A DNA stretch of 64,000 nt from Candidatus Falkowbacteria bacterium (GCA_018674305.1 JABHAL010000015.1:128532-192531); one strand, 5' to 3'. Counted from the stretch's first letter, positions 1 through 10,132 are shown. Program-made: numbers and translations. Notes: generated by a model not told the origin, from the letters alone.

Positions 1-2
1 TC

Positions 3-1889
3 GTCGGGATTAATTCCATTATACTATGGATCAGCTTTTATTTATACAACCTGGAACCATTGACTGTTATTCGAGCCCTAATCATTACCACCATTCCACT
101 TGAATACTTCACACCGAAATTTATTAGACCGAAATTTAACTTAAAACAATTTTTCAGTGATTATATAGTTAAACTAAAGCCAAAATTTTTAATTTTCGGT
201 TTTTTAATTTTCGTTCTGGTGAATTTTATGTTGCTATTCAAATTTCGAACTGACCAAGCCATAACTTCACCATGGAACATCGTAAGCAAAGATTTCTTTG
301 TGTTTTTTATTGTGCTAACAATTCTACTGGTTATTATTTTGATCAAAAATCAAAATATTTTAGTTTCAAAAATTTTGTTAATAATTTACACAGCGCTTTT
401 TTCCAGTGTAGCTCTGATTATTTATAAAATCGGTTACGGTTATGACCCATTCTTACACTTGGCCGCCATGAAACAAATAATGGCCACCAGCACCCTAATC
501 CCAAAAACGTTTTATTACATTGGAGAATACTCAGTTGTTATATTTTTACACAATATCACTCAGCTTCCATTGGAATTCATCAACAAACTATTTCTACCGC
601 TTAGCATGGCGATTCTTTTGCCGACCTCCATTTATTATGGCCTAACAACTGGACTAAAGTTAAACAAAAACTATTCTCTAACTGCCTGCTTGGGGAGTTT
701 AATTTTACCAATCACCTACTTTATCCACACAACACCTCAAGGTTTAACAAATTTATTGTGTTTAATCATTATCTTTTTAAGCTTTATTAAACATAAATCA
801 ATGCTTAAGTTTTTATTATTTCTAAGCATTATCACTCTAACTATTCATCCGCTTTTTGGCGCTCCGATTTTGGTCTTTGTAATTTATTTATTCAGCCAAA
901 ACATTATAAACGCAAAAGTTAAAAAAGCCACACAAACAGTTTTAATTTTAGGTAGTTTATTCGTATTTCCAATTCTTTTCATTCTTAACTCTTGGTTAAA
1001 CAATTTAAAAGTCAGTTTACTTAAATTTAATCTTTCTCAATTGTTCGACTTTACTTTATTTCACAGTGAACACAAGTTCAGATTCATTTACGATCTAATT
1101 TATGTTTATGGATTCAACATTAAGATCATATTTCTAATCCTTGCTGGCTGTGGATTACTTTTAATGTTATTCAAAAAAGAATTTGCAAAATACAAAGTTC
1201 ATTTTGGAGCAGGCATAGTAATTTTTGTTAATTTTTTACTGACCAAAGTCTTTCTGAATTTTGAATTCGCTACGAATCAAAACCAAGCTCAATTTATGAG
1301 CAGAATCTCTGAATTAAGTTTATATTTCTTACTACCAATTGTAATTTATTTATTCTATAATTTAATTCAATTTAATTTTGACAAACAGGGCAACTTCGCA
1401 GGAAAGCTTTTCGTACTCCTTTTGCTCACCTTAATAACGAGCACTTCACTATATTTTTCTTATCCGGTTAAAGATGATTACAAAGACTCACAAGAATATA
1501 ATGTTACCAAGGGCGACGTTGAGGCCGTGCAATTAATTGACCAAAAAACTGAGGGTGATTATATTGTTCTTGGCAACCAAATGCTAGCGGCAGCGGCAAT
1601 TAGAGAATTTGGTTTTGCTCATTATTATAACCAAGATTTTTACTACTCAATTCCTAATGGCAATGATAACAATCTTTATCAATATTATAAAAAATTAGTT
1701 TTCGAAAAAGTTGATCGTGATTTTATTGACCAAGCCATGAGCCAAGCAAACGTCGATCAAGCGTATTTTGTTTTGAACGACTATTGGTCTAACTCTGAGA
1801 AACTCATTCCTCAATCTAAATTCATGTCCGATAATTATTATACTACAGACAAGGGGTCAAACCATATATTTTATTTTCAAAAAAAATAG
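3..1889 (+). CDS. Polytopic membrane protein, 5'-truncated by the window edge (possible GT-C-like glycosyltransferase fold)
   Basis: Frame is open from position 3, upstream of the listed TTG at 60. Many hydrophobic segments, an early 'GYDPFLH' loop and a soluble C-terminal domain. Confidence 0.65.
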   Translation, partial: VGINSIILWISFYLYNLEPLTVIRALIITTIPLEYFTPKFIRPKFNLKQFFSDYIVKLKPKFLIFGFLIFVLVNFMLLFKFRTDQAITSPWNIVSKDFFVFFIVLTILLVIILIKNQNILVSKILLIIYTALFSSVALIIYKIGYGYDPFLHLAAMKQIMATSTLIPKTFYYIGEYSVVIFLHNITQLPLEFINKLFLPLSMAILLPTSIYYGLTTGLKLNKNYSLTACLGSLILPITYFIHTTPQGLTNLLCLIIIFLSFIKHKSMLKFLLFLSIITLTIHPLFGAPILVFVIYLFSQNIINAKVKKATQTVLILGSLFVFPILFILNSWLNNLKVSLLKFNLSQLFDFTLFHSEHKFRFIYDLIYVYGFNIKIIFLILAGCGLLLMLFKKEFAKYKVHFGAGIVIFVNFLLTKVFLNFEFATNQNQAQFMSRISELSLYFLLPIVIYLFYNLIQFNFDKQGNFAGKLFVLLLLTLITSTSLYFSYPVKDDYKDSQEYNVTKGDVEAVQLIDQKTEGDYIVLGNQMLAAAAIREFGFAHYYNQDFYYSIPNGNDNNLYQYYKKLVFEKVDRDFIDQAMSQANVDQAYFVLNDYWSNSEKLIPQSKFMSDNYYTTDKGSNHIFYFQKK

Positions 1890-1928
1890 GGTAAATCATT
1901 GTTGATTTTCCCTATTGTCTTTTGGATT

Positions 1929-2411
1929 CTACTCACCACGTTTTTTCTGCACGTACTTTTTAATCTGTTCGTTTGTACATTCTTTTGCCTGCTGACCCAA
2001 TTCATCATAAAAGGGTCTTTCAAAAACATGTACTGACCCATCCAATGAATCCGTTGTACAATACTTTCTCTGACCGGTCCAGCGGTCAACAAGTTGATCA
2101 CCACTGATAAAAAACATGGCCAAGGAATGCAAGGCAAACATTCCCAACAAAAGAGCAAAACCTAGGTTTCTCTTTTTTTTATTCCAACGAAGGAATAACC
2201 TAAAAATTGCAAACCACAGTACAAAGCCAACAACAACTGCGATGACGTTGGCTAAATAAACATTCAGACCTAACCCTAAAACCTGGCTTAGGGCGTATGG
2301 ATATATCATCAGGAAGCCGAGAAAACTGGCATATCGGAACATCCCAACTAACAGCAAAATTCCCATCACTAGAAGGGAAATGCCCAACAGTAGCCTTTTG
2401 TTATTATTCAT
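1929..2411 (-). CDS. Array paralog 6 (shortest): 3-TM N-domain plus Cys-containing domain only
   Basis: Shares GFLMxYPY...NxYLA...LWxxIF..LHSLAM and YC..YDELG..KEC motifs with the other five paralogs. SD GGGAGG upstream. Confidence 0.85.
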   Translation of the reverse strand: MNNNKRLLLGISLLVMGILLLVGMFRYASFLGFLMIYPYALSQVLGLGLNVYLANVIAVVVGFVLWFAIFRLFLRWNKKKRNLGFALLLGMFALHSLAMFFISGDQLVDRWTGQRKYCTTDSLDGSVHVFERPFYDELGQQAKECTNEQIKKYVQKKRGE

Positions 2412-2423
2412 CTTAAACCTCCC

Positions 2424-3452
2424 TTATTCAAGATCATCTTTAAACACCCAGACAAAAAATGAATGTACAATAAGACTAATTATTACAGTCATATACCCTA
2501 GAATTGCCAATCTAGTAGCATACACCAAGCAATACCCAACTCCCCCCATAAGTCCACCTACCGTCAAAGTCACAATCAAGACCTTCAGAGTGAGCTCATT
2601 TCTTTCTTTACTGTCATATTCAGAATGATCTAAATACATAAATATAAAGCCAGATATTACTAATGTGAAAAGAAGTGTTATTATTATAGTAAAAGTTACA
2701 ATTGAGTCCATTGGATTTGATATTTCTTTTTTTAGCGAACTGGAATGTGTTTCTGTAGGTTGATGAAATTGCGTACTTGTTTTTTTCTTGGGCCCCTCAT
2801 TTCGCCAACGTGCTTGATTTTGTTCAGCTTTGGCAAATGACTGTTCTCTGATCTTTTCCATTCCAGTGTCAGTTTTTATTCCACGCTTTTTTTGCACAAA
2901 TTCCAAGGCCTGACTCTTATTACACTTTCTAGCCTTTTGGCCAAATTCATCATAGATTGGTTGATCAAACACCTGTAGTTCATTTGTGATTTTGTCATAA
3001 GTACAATATTTAATCACTTGGCCTGTTTGGGGGTCATAAATTCTTGAGCTGGTAATAAAATACATTGCCAGAGAGTGGGCAACAAAGATAAAAGCCAGCA
3101 AAATAAAACCTCGTTCCATTTTCTTTCTATTTAAACTGAAAAACAGTTTAAATATTGCGTACCACAGAATTGCTCCAACACCGACTGCAATTGCCTTGGC
3201 TAAATATTGATTCAACCCAAGCCCGAGGAGTTGCTCCAGGGCGTAAGGATAAACCATTAAAAAACCAAAAACTGATGCATAGCGCCAGGTGCCAATCAGA
3301 AGCAAAATTGCCACGACTAGTAAAAATATTCCTAGTTGCAATTTCTTTTTTCTAATTTTTTCTCTTTCTAACAATTCATGAATAGAAGTAATTGAAATAC
3401 CAGGACTCGTGTCTGGCCCTTTTGCAAAATGATTCTTTTTCTTCTGACTCAT
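2424..3452 (-). CDS. Array paralog 5: membrane protein with C-terminal 3-TM region
   Basis: FGFLMVYPY...HSLAM...YC...YDEFG..RKC motifs. Start moved to MSQKK, which follows GGAGG. Confidence 0.85.
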   Translation of the reverse strand: MSQKKKNHFAKGPDTSPGISITSIHELLEREKIRKKKLQLGIFLLVVAILLLIGTWRYASVFGFLMVYPYALEQLLGLGLNQYLAKAIAVGVGAILWYAIFKLFFSLNRKKMERGFILLAFIFVAHSLAMYFITSSRIYDPQTGQVIKYCTYDKITNELQVFDQPIYDEFGQKARKCNKSQALEFVQKKRGIKTDTGMEKIREQSFAKAEQNQARWRNEGPKKKTSTQFHQPTETHSSSLKKEISNPMDSIVTFTIIITLLFTLVISGFIFMYLDHSEYDSKERNELTLKVLIVTLTVGGLMGGVGYCLVYATRLAILGYMTVIISLIVHSFFVWVFKDDLE

Positions 3453-3553
3453 TTTATCCTCCATTCTTAAAGAACAACAACTGTTTTATTTTTCAATAAA
3501 ACAGTTGTCAGCCTTTAAAAAATTAGGGCGAAGCAAAGTGCTTGACTTCGCCC
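3453..3553 (-). promoter_or_regulatory. Intergenic cassette: GC hairpin terminator, AT-rich hairpin, boxA-like GTTCTTTAAGAA, SD
   Basis: Minus strand: GGGCGAAG..CTTCGCCC-TAATTTTTT, then perfect inverted repeat ACAACTGTTTTATT/AATAAAACAGTTGT, then GTTCTTTAAGAA-TGGAGG. Confidence 0.7.
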
Positions 3554-3579
3554 ATGTTAGACTTTCAAAACAAACACCG

Positions 3580-4695
3580 TTATGGGTGAAGTAAGTTATG
3601 GAATGATCTACGAATCATTGAAAAATCTATATCTAATGAACTATCTTCAACAATAAAATACAATAACACACAATACCCAAAAATCAATAACGCGCCAACC
3701 GGAATTCCAAAAATGAAAACAAGTACTGCTGGAGCATTATAATATACAATAATAGTTGCCAAATCAGCAACCAAAATTATAATAATAGAAATTGGCAACG
3801 CTGAAAACACTACCAACACAGAAAACTGCCAATAACCACTATCCGCTCCAGCCAACATAAACAAAACACCACCAACAAGACAAAAAATGAACAAAAGAAA
3901 TGCCAAGCCACCAGTAGTTTGATAATCCATAAAAGCAAATAAGTTGAAATTAAAATCTGACTCGTCGGATTCAATCTCTTCAACGTCTTCATTACTATTT
4001 TCCCATTCGAGATAATTACCTTTCGTTGACGTCCGTTTGACTATAGCTGGTGTTACTTGCCTTACATTGCCACCCCAAGGACAATGGCCAACCATATTAA
4101 AGAAGCGAACAATTCCGTCTATGTCATAGCAGTAATAAAATATTGACTTGCCAGTTGTTGGACTAATAAAGCCCTTTTTTATCTGAACAAAATCAATTTC
4201 CTGATTTTCATCAGGCTCATATTTTTTTTCAATTTCAAATCTTTCAACTTGATCATCTTCACAACGATAAGCAAGATCACCAAACTCATCGTAAAGCTGA
4301 GCCTCATAAACCTTAACCCGACCGGTCAAACGATCATCAATACAAAATTTTCGCTCTCCAGTAATCGGATGTACAATCGTATTGTAATTAACTGCGTACA
4401 TCACCAGGGAATGACTAATGAAGATTAATCCAATTATTGCAAATCCAATGTAGCGTCGCTTTTTATTCCAACTAAGAAAAAACTTAAAGATAACTACCCA
4501 TAAACCGACACCGGCTATTAGGGCAATCACTTGAGCCAGATAAATATTAAGGCCGTAGCCAGAAATCTGTGCTACCACATACGGATAAAACATTAAAAAA
4601 CCAAAAAACTCAGCGTACATTGCTATTCCAACCAGCAAAAATACTGCCAAACCAATAAAAAACACACCAATAGACAACTTTGTCCACTTTGACAT
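3580..4695 (-). CDS. Array paralog 4: membrane protein with CPWGG domain and C-terminal TM region
   Basis: Family motifs plus GFISPTTGK..FYYC..GHCPWGG. Very similar to 4824..5930 at the N-terminus. Confidence 0.88.
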   Translation of the reverse strand: MSKWTKLSIGVFFIGLAVFLLVGIAMYAEFFGFLMFYPYVVAQISGYGLNIYLAQVIALIAGVGLWVVIFKFFLSWNKKRRYIGFAIIGLIFISHSLVMYAVNYNTIVHPITGERKFCIDDRLTGRVKVYEAQLYDEFGDLAYRCEDDQVERFEIEKKYEPDENQEIDFVQIKKGFISPTTGKSIFYYCYDIDGIVRFFNMVGHCPWGGNVRQVTPAIVKRTSTKGNYLEWENSNEDVEEIESDESDFNFNLFAFMDYQTTGGLAFLLFIFCLVGGVLFMLAGADSGYWQFSVLVVFSALPISIIIILVADLATIIVYYNAPAVLVFIFGIPVGALLIFGYCVLLYFIVEDSSLDIDFSMIRRSFHNLLHP

Positions 4696-4798
4696 GACAA
4701 ACCTCCGTAATTTTAAAGATCAATCTTTATTCTAAATTATTTAGAACAAGGATTAAGCTTGAAAAAATTAGGGCGAAGCAAAGTGCTTGACTTCGCCC
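4696..4798 (-). promoter_or_regulatory. Intergenic cassette (terminator hairpin identical to 3526-3553, AT hairpin, boxA-like GATCTTTAAAA, SD)
   Basis: aaaaaattagggcgaagcaaagtgcttgacttcgccca recurs at ~3517 and ~4762. The leader is nearly identical to 5931-6000. Confidence 0.7.
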
Positions 4799-4823
4799 AG
4801 GTTTTGTAGTTTACATCTTGAAT

Positions 4824-5930
4824 CTATTTATCTTTGAACATGTTTTTGATAACGTATCTTGCGTCACAAAAATCTCGTTCCAAAGAAGTATTTTTAGAAA
4901 TCCAAATAACTATCAGGTAATATCCAAGTGTCACTAAAACGAATATTGGTATACCAAAAATAGCCATAAAAAAATTGGGAACCTTCAGATGAGACATCCA
5001 AACTGCCAAATCCGCTATTAATATCCCTATAAAGGTCATTGGGAATATTGAGAACACACACAAAGAACAAAATTTCAACGAACGAATACCTATCCCAGCA
5101 AGAAAAAAAATCATCAATACAATCAAAATAACAAGAAAGCAAAATGCAAACAATAGAGTCGCTTCCTTATTTTTTTCAAAGGCAAAGAAATTAATTTTTG
5201 AAGCAGGCTTAACCTGCGGCTCACTTATTTCACGTGCTATTGGTCGGTAATTGTTGTTTTCCTTCGTTTGTTTAATAATATCTGCAGTTACATCTGAAAG
5301 TTCACCGCCCCAAGGACAATGACCACGCATATTAAAAAAATGAACTCTGGCTTCAGTGTCATTGCAATAGAAAAATATTGCTTTTCCCGTTTTCTGACTT
5401 ATAAAACCATTTGCAACCTGATAAAAATCAATTTCTTGATTATTGTCCATTGCATATCTTTTATTAATTTCAAAGCGTCTGAGTTGGCTATCATTACATC
5501 TAATAGACTGGTCACCAAATTCGTCATAACTGTGCCCTTCATAGACCTTTACGCGCCCACTCAATTTATCGTCAATGCAAAACTTTCGATCTCCAGTAAT
5601 TGGATGAACAATCGTGTTGTAATTAACTGCGTACATTACTAGTGAATGACTGACAAAAATTAAAACGATCAACCCAAAACCGATGTAGCGTCTTTTTTTA
5701 TTCCAGCTCAAAAAGAACTTAAAAATAGTTACCCATAGCCCGATGCCGATAATTAAACCGATCACTTGAGCCAAATAAATATTAAGGCCGTAACCAGAAA
5801 CTTTCACCACGATATATGGGTAAACCATTAAAAAACCAATGAAATCCGCGTACATCACAAGACCAAGGAAAAGAAATACTGCCAAACCAACAAAAAAAAT
5901 ACCCAAAGTTCGCTTTGTCCACTTTAACAT
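4824..5930 (-). CDS. Array paralog 3: membrane protein with CPWGG domain and C-terminal TM region
   Basis: Family motifs HSLVMYAVNYNTIVHPITG, RKFC, YDEFG, GHCPWGG. Confidence 0.88.
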   Translation of the reverse strand: MLKWTKRTLGIFFVGLAVFLFLGLVMYADFIGFLMVYPYIVVKVSGYGLNIYLAQVIGLIIGIGLWVTIFKFFLSWNKKRRYIGFGLIVLIFVSHSLVMYAVNYNTIVHPITGDRKFCIDDKLSGRVKVYEGHSYDEFGDQSIRCNDSQLRRFEINKRYAMDNNQEIDFYQVANGFISQKTGKAIFFYCNDTEARVHFFNMRGHCPWGGELSDVTADIIKQTKENNNYRPIAREISEPQVKPASKINFFAFEKNKEATLLFAFCFLVILIVLMIFFLAGIGIRSLKFCSLCVFSIFPMTFIGILIADLAVWMSHLKVPNFFMAIFGIPIFVLVTLGYYLIVIWISKNTSLERDFCDARYVIKNMFKDK

Positions 5931-6033
5931 GACAAACCTCCGAAATTTTAAAGATCAATCTTTATTCTAAATATTTTAGAACAAGGATTAAACTTGAAAA
6001 TAAATAAGGGCAAGGCGCAAGCACCTTGCCCTT
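5931..6033 (-). promoter_or_regulatory. Intergenic cassette (terminator AGGGCAAGG..CCTTGCCCT, AT hairpin, boxA-like, SD)
   Basis: Hairpin 6006-6033 nearly identical to 10213-10238, followed on the minus strand by GATCTTTAAAA and GGAGG. Confidence 0.7.
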
Positions 6034-6037
6034 TGGA

Positions 6038-6292
6038 CTACTTCTTTTTACGTTTTTCCTTCAACTTCTTAACCCACGGATGCCCAGAACTCAAGAAAAT
6101 GCTGAACAATCCGATGGCGATACTCAGGAGAATTCCCGTAACAAACCAAGCCTCCTTTTTGTTAACTTCACGACCTTCGGGGTTTTCCTCAGCATCTTCT
6201 CCCATGATCCAGCCTTTAATAAAGGCAATTCCAAGAAGGAAGAAAAAGATGATAAGCACAACAATCGCAATCAAGATAATTTTTAACCACAT
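6038..6292 (-). CDS. Small 2-TM protein, HPWVKK family copy 2
   Basis: Two hydrophobic helices, IKG.W, KE.W and C-terminal HPWVKK shared with 10244..10489. SD present. Confidence 0.8.
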   Translation of the reverse strand: MWLKIILIAIVVLIIFFFLLGIAFIKGWIMGEDAEENPEGREVNKKEAWFVTGILLSIAIGLFSIFLSSGHPWVKKLKEKRKKK

Positions 6293-6319
6293 GGCATCCC
6301 TCCTGTTTAGTGGTCCTCT

Positions 6320-7777
6320 TTACTGAAAAGTGTATTCCATATAATGATCATTAGCATCCTTGCCACTGATTGTCACTTCAATCCAACGAAGGTTAGAATT
6401 ACCTCCCTTCAATCCCTTGTAATATGATGTCAAATCGATCATAAATCGTGCATTTTGAGTATGATGCTTCAAATTTGCTTCAAGGTACACTTCTGGTGCC
6501 AATTTCCAAGAGAAAACAATAGGAGTCCTTTGCTTATATTGAGCTGGGGACTCTCCTTTGCTTTTCAACACCCAGGCATTCATTGTTGCATCAGTGTATG
6601 TAACTGAGACACCGTGCTTTTCCTCACCTCTGAAATAAAGCCGGCAATTTGAAGACAGAAAACCGGGCCAATTCCACTCAATATTTCGAAAAACAGGGTA
6701 TGCCACAACATTTCTAGTTTTACTGGCAGCTGGATTATTTTTATTCCAGCCAGCTGTAACAATTTCGTAATGCTTTCTATCTTTTTCTAGTTGGGCTGCT
6801 TTTTTAGCCTTCTCTTTGGCTTTTTTTTCTGCTCTTTTTTTAGCAACCCTTTCTTTTCGTAATTCAGCCTTAGCATCTTCAGCTTTTCTGTTTTCTAGAT
6901 GTACCCTTCGTTTTTCCTGTCGGGCAAATTTATTTCTTTCGGCCTCTAGACTTTTTTCTGCTGAAACCCTTTTTCGTGCTTCTTCTTTTGCTTTTTTCTC
7001 TGCAACCAATCTTTCACGTCGCTCTTTTTCAATCTTTAATTTCAGGTTTTGCTTTTTTTCTTTCTCTAACCTGATTTGTTCATTTTTTTTTTGCAACTTC
7101 TCTCTTTCTTTCCTTACAATTTCACCAGTAATGACCTGAAGCTCGCCTCCCCAGGGACAATACCCAGAGGATGCGTAAAAATGAACCGTTCCTTCAGGAT
7201 CAGTACAGTAGAAAAAAAGTGCCTTTCCCGTGGCTGGACTAACAAATCCAGACTCTACTCTCTCAAGTGTGACTTCGTAATTCTTGGTAGTAGCAAACTG
7301 CTTACCCTTCTCATATTTTTCAATGAGCTCGGGGGAACAACGCTGTGCCTGCTGACCAAACTTATCATAAAGAGCCTGTTCAAAAACCTGAATTTCACCA
7401 GTCAAAGGATTGACTGTGCAAAACTTAGCCATAGCCGGTCCATCAATAGGATGAACCAAGGAGTCCCCTTGAATCAGGAACATTGCCAAGGAATGCAATG
7501 CAAAAAATGCTGCAATGGTGATCATCCCCGCAAGCCGTCGATCTTTCTTCCAGCTAAAGAAAAGCCGGAAAATTGCGTACCACAGAGGTACCGCAACAAC
7601 TATTCCAATTGCCTGGGCCAGATAAGGATTCATTCCGAATCCGGAAATCTTGCTGACCACGTACGGATAAACCATCAAAAAACCAAAAATCGAAGCATAT
7701 TTAACAAGACTGATCAAAATCAGAATTGCCAATGCCACAAAAAACAACCCGAGAAACAGTTTAGCTGTCCTCTTCAT
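6320..7777 (-). CDS. Array paralog 2: membrane protein with CPWGG domain, charged coiled coil and distinct soluble C-terminal domain
   Basis: Family motifs and an E/K/A-rich TolA-like linker. Start moved to MKRTAK after GGAGG. Confidence 0.88.
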   Translation of the reverse strand: MKRTAKLFLGLFFVALAILILISLVKYASIFGFLMVYPYVVSKISGFGMNPYLAQAIGIVVAVPLWYAIFRLFFSWKKDRRLAGMITIAAFFALHSLAMFLIQGDSLVHPIDGPAMAKFCTVNPLTGEIQVFEQALYDKFGQQAQRCSPELIEKYEKGKQFATTKNYEVTLERVESGFVSPATGKALFFYCTDPEGTVHFYASSGYCPWGGELQVITGEIVRKEREKLQKKNEQIRLEKEKKQNLKLKIEKERRERLVAEKKAKEEARKRVSAEKSLEAERNKFARQEKRRVHLENRKAEDAKAELRKERVAKKRAEKKAKEKAKKAAQLEKDRKHYEIVTAGWNKNNPAASKTRNVVAYPVFRNIEWNWPGFLSSNCRLYFRGEEKHGVSVTYTDATMNAWVLKSKGESPAQYKQRTPIVFSWKLAPEVYLEANLKHHTQNARFMIDLTSYYKGLKGGNSNLRWIEVTISGKDANDHYMEYTFQ

Positions 7778-7891
7778 AACACACCTCCAATGGTTATTTT
7801 CAACGAACAATATTTAATCTTAAATCATTAAAATCAAATATCGTTTTTTGAAAAAAATTAGGGGCGAAAGCAAAGTTGTTCACTTCGCCCC
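7778..7891 (-). promoter_or_regulatory. Intergenic cassette (terminator GGGGCGAAG..TTCGCCCC, AT hairpin, boxA-like GTTCGTTGAAAA, SD)
   Basis: Read directly from the sequence; same order as the other cassettes. Confidence 0.68.
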
Positions 7892-7907
7892 TAGCATTAT
7901 TTTAGTT

Positions 7908-8786
7908 TCAAAGATCCCTCAAATAAATGATAACTTCTCGGGGAGAAATATTAGCGCATTTTTTTCTAAGCCACCTACTTGACTGATATCTATCTCTTGA
8001 ATATTTTGTTTGTTCAATCCATTTTGGATTTGCTTTTATCTGAATCAGATAATGCAAGGCCATATTATCACATAACCACTCTGCATCGTCACCTGATACT
8101 TCGTCCTGGCTAACAAACTCATGTAACCAAGCGTGAAAAAGTTCATGCACCAAGATGGCTCTGTGCACATCAAGTGGTAACCCAAAAAGAATGCTAATCA
8201 AGTGATTCGTAACTTCTGTTTTTCCCAGAAAAGGTTGGATATATTTAGTTAAACAATTCCCCAAGGTTGTACTACCTCGATTCCTATTTCTTTTAGTTAT
8301 AATCCCAAGGGTATTCAGATCGACGACTCTATATTCAATGGGTTTCCTTGGAAACCATGAATGCAGGTGCAATATCCGACTAACACCATTTATTATACTT
8401 TGATCAATTTGAAAAACGGCATCAATTGAACAAGTCGGGCAAATTACCCGGTAATCGGCTAAGTGCATTACATCATTAGGAGCCATTTGAGAGTGACAAG
8501 TAAAACACTGAAAACGTGGATCATGGCACCCTTTGCAAACAGCACCCTGGTCAGTGTTGAAATATCGTCCGTTTATTTTATTCCTACAAAGGCAACATTT
8601 CAAAGCAATTGAGTCATAACATTGTGAATGGTATAAAGAACCATCACATTCAACAGTATTATTCCCAATTAATGGCTGACTACAGACCGAACACTTTGGC
8701 GCACGTGAATTCACGCAAAAATCACAATACGTTACATTATTCAATGTAAAAATTTGTCTCGCGGATCTACCGCAATCGCACCTCAT
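7908..8786 (-). CDS. LIM-type zinc-finger protein with DA1-like HExxH metallopeptidase domain
   Basis: Repeated CxxC/HxxC zinc ligands, then ILFGLP...AILVHELFHAWL resembling the DA1 peptidase motif. Confidence 0.75.
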   Translation of the reverse strand: MRCDCGRSARQIFTLNNVTYCDFCVNSRAPKCSVCSQPLIGNNTVECDGSLYHSQCYDSIALKCCLCRNKINGRYFNTDQGAVCKGCHDPRFQCFTCHSQMAPNDVMHLADYRVICPTCSIDAVFQIDQSIINGVSRILHLHSWFPRKPIEYRVVDLNTLGIITKRNRNRGSTTLGNCLTKYIQPFLGKTEVTNHLISILFGLPLDVHRAILVHELFHAWLHEFVSQDEVSGDDAEWLCDNMALHYLIQIKANPKWIEQTKYSRDRYQSSRWLRKKCANISPREVIIYLRDL

Positions 8787-8787
8787 T

Positions 8788-8901
8788 TTAATCCTTGGTG
8801 ATAAAAAAGATGATAGCGATAATGATGATAATCAGCAGAATTCCTCCACCACCCGAATCACCACCAGCAACAACGCCAAGACTAATAAGTGAATTTAGCA
8901 T
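8788..8901 (-). CDS. 37-aa single-TM microprotein (absent from the ORF track)
   Basis: MLNSLISLGVVAGGDSGGGGILLIIIIIAIIFFITKD*. SD GAGGAG and a boxA-like motif upstream. Its stop is 1 nt from the next ATG. Confidence 0.75.
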   Translation of the reverse strand: MLNSLISLGVVAGGDSGGGGILLIIIIIAIIFFITKD

Positions 8902-9008
8902 TTTCGTCTCCTCTAAATTTTAGTCAATGAACAATATTTATTTTCAAATTATTAAAAACAAATATTATTGATTGAAAAAAGTTGGGGCAGGCAAGCTAAG
9001 CCTACCCC
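8902..9008 (-). promoter_or_regulatory. Intergenic cassette (terminator GGGGTAGGC..GCCTGCCCC, AT hairpin, boxA-like GTTCATTGAC, SD)
   Basis: Read directly from the sequence. Confidence 0.65.
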
Positions 9009-9016
9009 GTTGGTTA

Positions 9017-10132
9017 TTAAAATTCATCAAAAATCTTTATACCTAAATGAAAAACGCCAATAGTCAATAGTACGTAAATTGGGATCGAAAGAACAACCAT
9101 GACAACTATATGCAATTGTGCCCAAATGAGCAGGGACAATATATCAGCAGTCAATACACTTATTACTGCTAAAAAAGGAAGCACAATAAACGCACCAACC
9201 ATAGTTGGCCCATTCCCGTCTGACAGTCCAACACATAACGTAATAATAGAAATAATTACTGACAGAACGAAGAAAATCCCCGCAATAATATTTGTTTTTT
9301 TGTGATTTCTAAATTCCCAAAACCACGCAGTATAACTTATTTGCATTTCAGATTCAGCAGGGACAACTTCAACTTCCTGTGTTGTTCCCTCGAACGTTGG
9401 AAACTCCAGTTCAAATGGGACATAAACTGACTCTTGATGCACCAAAATTTCTTTATTGGCTATTTTTGCCACAAGAACAGAACTGACAGGCAAAAGTTGA
9501 CCTCCCCAAGGACAATATCCTTCAGAAGAAAAAAAGTGTGCTTTTTTCTCAGAGTCAAAACAATAGAAGAACAATGGTTTTCCAGTTGCCGGACTTATGA
9601 AACCATCCTGCACCCTAGAAAAAGAAACTTCCTTGCTTGTTCCATCAGTAAAAGTTTTTTCTCTCTCGTACTTTTCAATCAATTCCGGTGAGCACCTTTC
9701 CGCTTTATTACCAAACTGATCATAGATAGACTGTTCAAATGTTTGAATTTCACCTGTCAAAGGATTCACAGTACAAAATTTCGCCATTGCGGGACCATCA
9801 AATGGATGAACCAAGGAATCACCTTGCAATAAAAACATAGAGAATGAATGCAAAGCGAAAAAAGCTACAATTGTAATCATGCCAGCCATTCTGCGATCCT
9901 TTTTCCAACTAAACAAAAGTCGGAAAACTGCATACCAAATTGGAATGGCTACAACAATACCGATTCCTTGCGCCAAATATGAATTCATCCCAAAACCTGT
10001 AATCTTTGTAACTACGTAGGGATAAATAAGCAAAAAACCAAAAATAGTTGCGTATTTCAGTAAACTGACAATCATTAGGATTGCCAAGCTGATAAAAATG
10101 ACTCCAAAAATTATTCCTGCTTTTCTCTTCAT
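9017..10132 (-). CDS. Array paralog 1: membrane protein with CPWGG domain and C-terminal TM region
   Basis: N-domain nearly identical to 6320..7777 (QGDSLVHP.DGPAMAKFCTVNPLTGEIQ). Start moved to MKRKAG after GGAGG. Confidence 0.88.
   Translation of the reverse strand: MKRKAGIIFGVIFISLAILMIVSLLKYATIFGFLLIYPYVVTKITGFGMNSYLAQGIGIVVAIPIWYAVFRLLFSWKKDRRMAGMITIVAFFALHSFSMFLLQGDSLVHPFDGPAMAKFCTVNPLTGEIQTFEQSIYDQFGNKAERCSPELIEKYEREKTFTDGTSKEVSFSRVQDGFISPATGKPLFFYCFDSEKKAHFFSSEGYCPWGGQLLPVSSVLVAKIANKEILVHQESVYVPFELEFPTFEGTTQEVEVVPAESEMQISYTAWFWEFRNHKKTNIIAGIFFVLSVIISIITLCVGLSDGNGPTMVGAFIVLPFLAVISVLTADILSLLIWAQLHIVVMVVLSIPIYVLLTIGVFHLGIKIFDEF

Noticed and set aside
1929-10132. Paralog array as a diversity-generating retroelement target
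   Set aside because: No reverse transcriptase in the window, no near-identical TR/VR pair with adenine-only differences, and variation involves whole C-terminal domains.
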